DNA of 63,059 nt, the filler included, from Octopus bimaculoides (taxonomy: Eukaryota), in assembly GCF_001194135.2 (NCBI RefSeq). It is 4 parts of 4 records of this genome, joined end to end, with 100 filler letters (N's around TTAATTAATTAA, not from the genome) between each part and the next. Parts side by side here need not be neighbours in the genome. Positions count along the whole stretch, not along the records: positions 49,743 to 63,059 come from NC_068989.1; 3 more parts are not named here. One strand, given 5' to 3'. Every line of letters starts with the position of its first letter. The stretch's first letter is position 1. The notes under the pieces are model-generated. The model did not search any database and was not told where the DNA came from. It saw only the letters and a list, made by a program, of their open reading frames with translations. Below are positions 61,825 through 63,059 of this stretch, in pieces. The translations under genes were made by a program, and so were the position numbers.

Positions 61825-62098
61825 AACATCTATATATATATGTACGCGATTACTATGAACATTTTTACTCCCTTACTTTTACTCCCTCCCCTTATTTAGC
61901 GGTCATTCTAATAGCACTTTTGTCTTAATAACGGCCAATCACACAGTAATTTCCTTTTGTTTAACGATCATTTTCATAGCATTCTTTTCTATGGCCCGAT
62001 AACTGAAGAGATGGCCGCGTGGGTTTCTGCTACTGAATAATTGTCACATTATATTTACATATAAATTCCTCTATTTACATAATATCATTCTTTTGTTG

Positions 62099-62113
62099 TC
62101 TTACCATTTCTAT

Positions 62114-62147
<34 letters not shown>

Positions 62148-62162
62148 ATAGAAATAGTAAGA
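62099..62162. repeat. Palindrome centred on (TA)n
   Basis: TCTTACCATTTCTATCAA (TA)n TTGATAGAAATAGTAAGA, 17/18 match. Confidence 0.9.
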
Positions 62163-63059
62163 ACACACATAGCGGTGCTCAAATGGTTTCAATTTACATT
62201 CTGAAGTCTTTATTGAAGACTTAACCCGCGGGGTAAAGAGTGGTTATAAGAGAAATTCGGGTGAGCTGATATAGATATAGTGATTTAGATAAACACGCTT
62301 GGACTTGATTTATAAAATATACATACATACATATATACATGTAAATATATATAGGGATACATATATATATAGAGAGAGAGGGAAACAAAAACTGAAAATA
62401 TTCCGAAGATGAACACTCATGTATCAGCATATAGATATTTATCTATTTACAAAATAAGAATATAGAAAACTAAAGGGAGAAGGCACAGTTTTTAAAGTCC
62501 GACAGTTGTTTCTGGCGCCTCGGAATTAGGTAATAATCGTAAAGTTCATAATTGGCAGATGGAGTGTGCAAAACATCAAGGATATGCAACTATTAGAGGA
62601 TGCATATAAACATTACTGTAACAACGGCAACTTTCGCCAAGGTGGAAAAATCAGTAAATAGCAGTTCACGTCAGTGTGCTGGAAGATTTTGACAAAGAAA
62701 GGATGGTGTTTAATTTCTCTCTGTCTGTAGAATTTTAATCGATTACATATAGGATCGATTAATATGCATGATTACTTTTATGCAGAATTTTGGTATTTGC
62801 GGATTTCTCTGAACCATGCGTAAGCTGATTAAAGAATGTATAATTCTTCATTCTTCTGTGTTTTCTTCTATACTCTGTGACTTTATACTAAATTTATTCT
62901 ATGTATGAAGTTTGGATTTGGAAACTGGGCAGGCAGCGGCAAATAATTTTACAACCAGCATGGATTACAATGGCTTTCACAAGACAATTAGTTAGCCAAG
63001 TTTGATACCTACACAATGCTTACAAAGTATTCATCTGGAATTTTAATCCCTTTTTCATT

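Overview
Repeat-saturated, AT-rich eukaryotic (animal) DNA with about 18 assembly gaps. No intact protein-coding gene can be supported; almost every long ORF in the track is a microsatellite or N-run translation. The SINE families, microsatellite load and RTE/Dong/Penelope/mariner content point to a cephalopod (Octopus-like) intron or intergenic region; this is inferred from family recognition, not a database match. Contents: four recurring SINE-like families (about 35 copies; labels A-D are mine); a near-full-length but disrupted RTE LINE (56.3-59.5 kb) plus several RTE 3' ends; a train of R4/Dong RLE-LINE fragments at (TAA)n; a Jockey/I-like RT relic; Penelope-like elements; a mariner transposase pseudogene; a Tc1-like fragment; hAT, Tc2-like and mariner MITEs; and degenerate minisatellites. 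The most notable signals are (1) palindromic non-autonomous elements carrying minimal hammerhead-ribozyme motifs, one with a Pol III tRNA-like head (33.05-33.43 kb) and one as an inverted pair (51.06-51.35 kb); (2) a dense TGACGTCA (CRE) cluster at 11.6-12.3 kb; (3) a 105/106-identical inverted repeat at 28.6/29.3 kb; (4) many fold-back structures that would be dsRNA if transcribed; and (5) a few weak candidate exons of an unidentified host gene.
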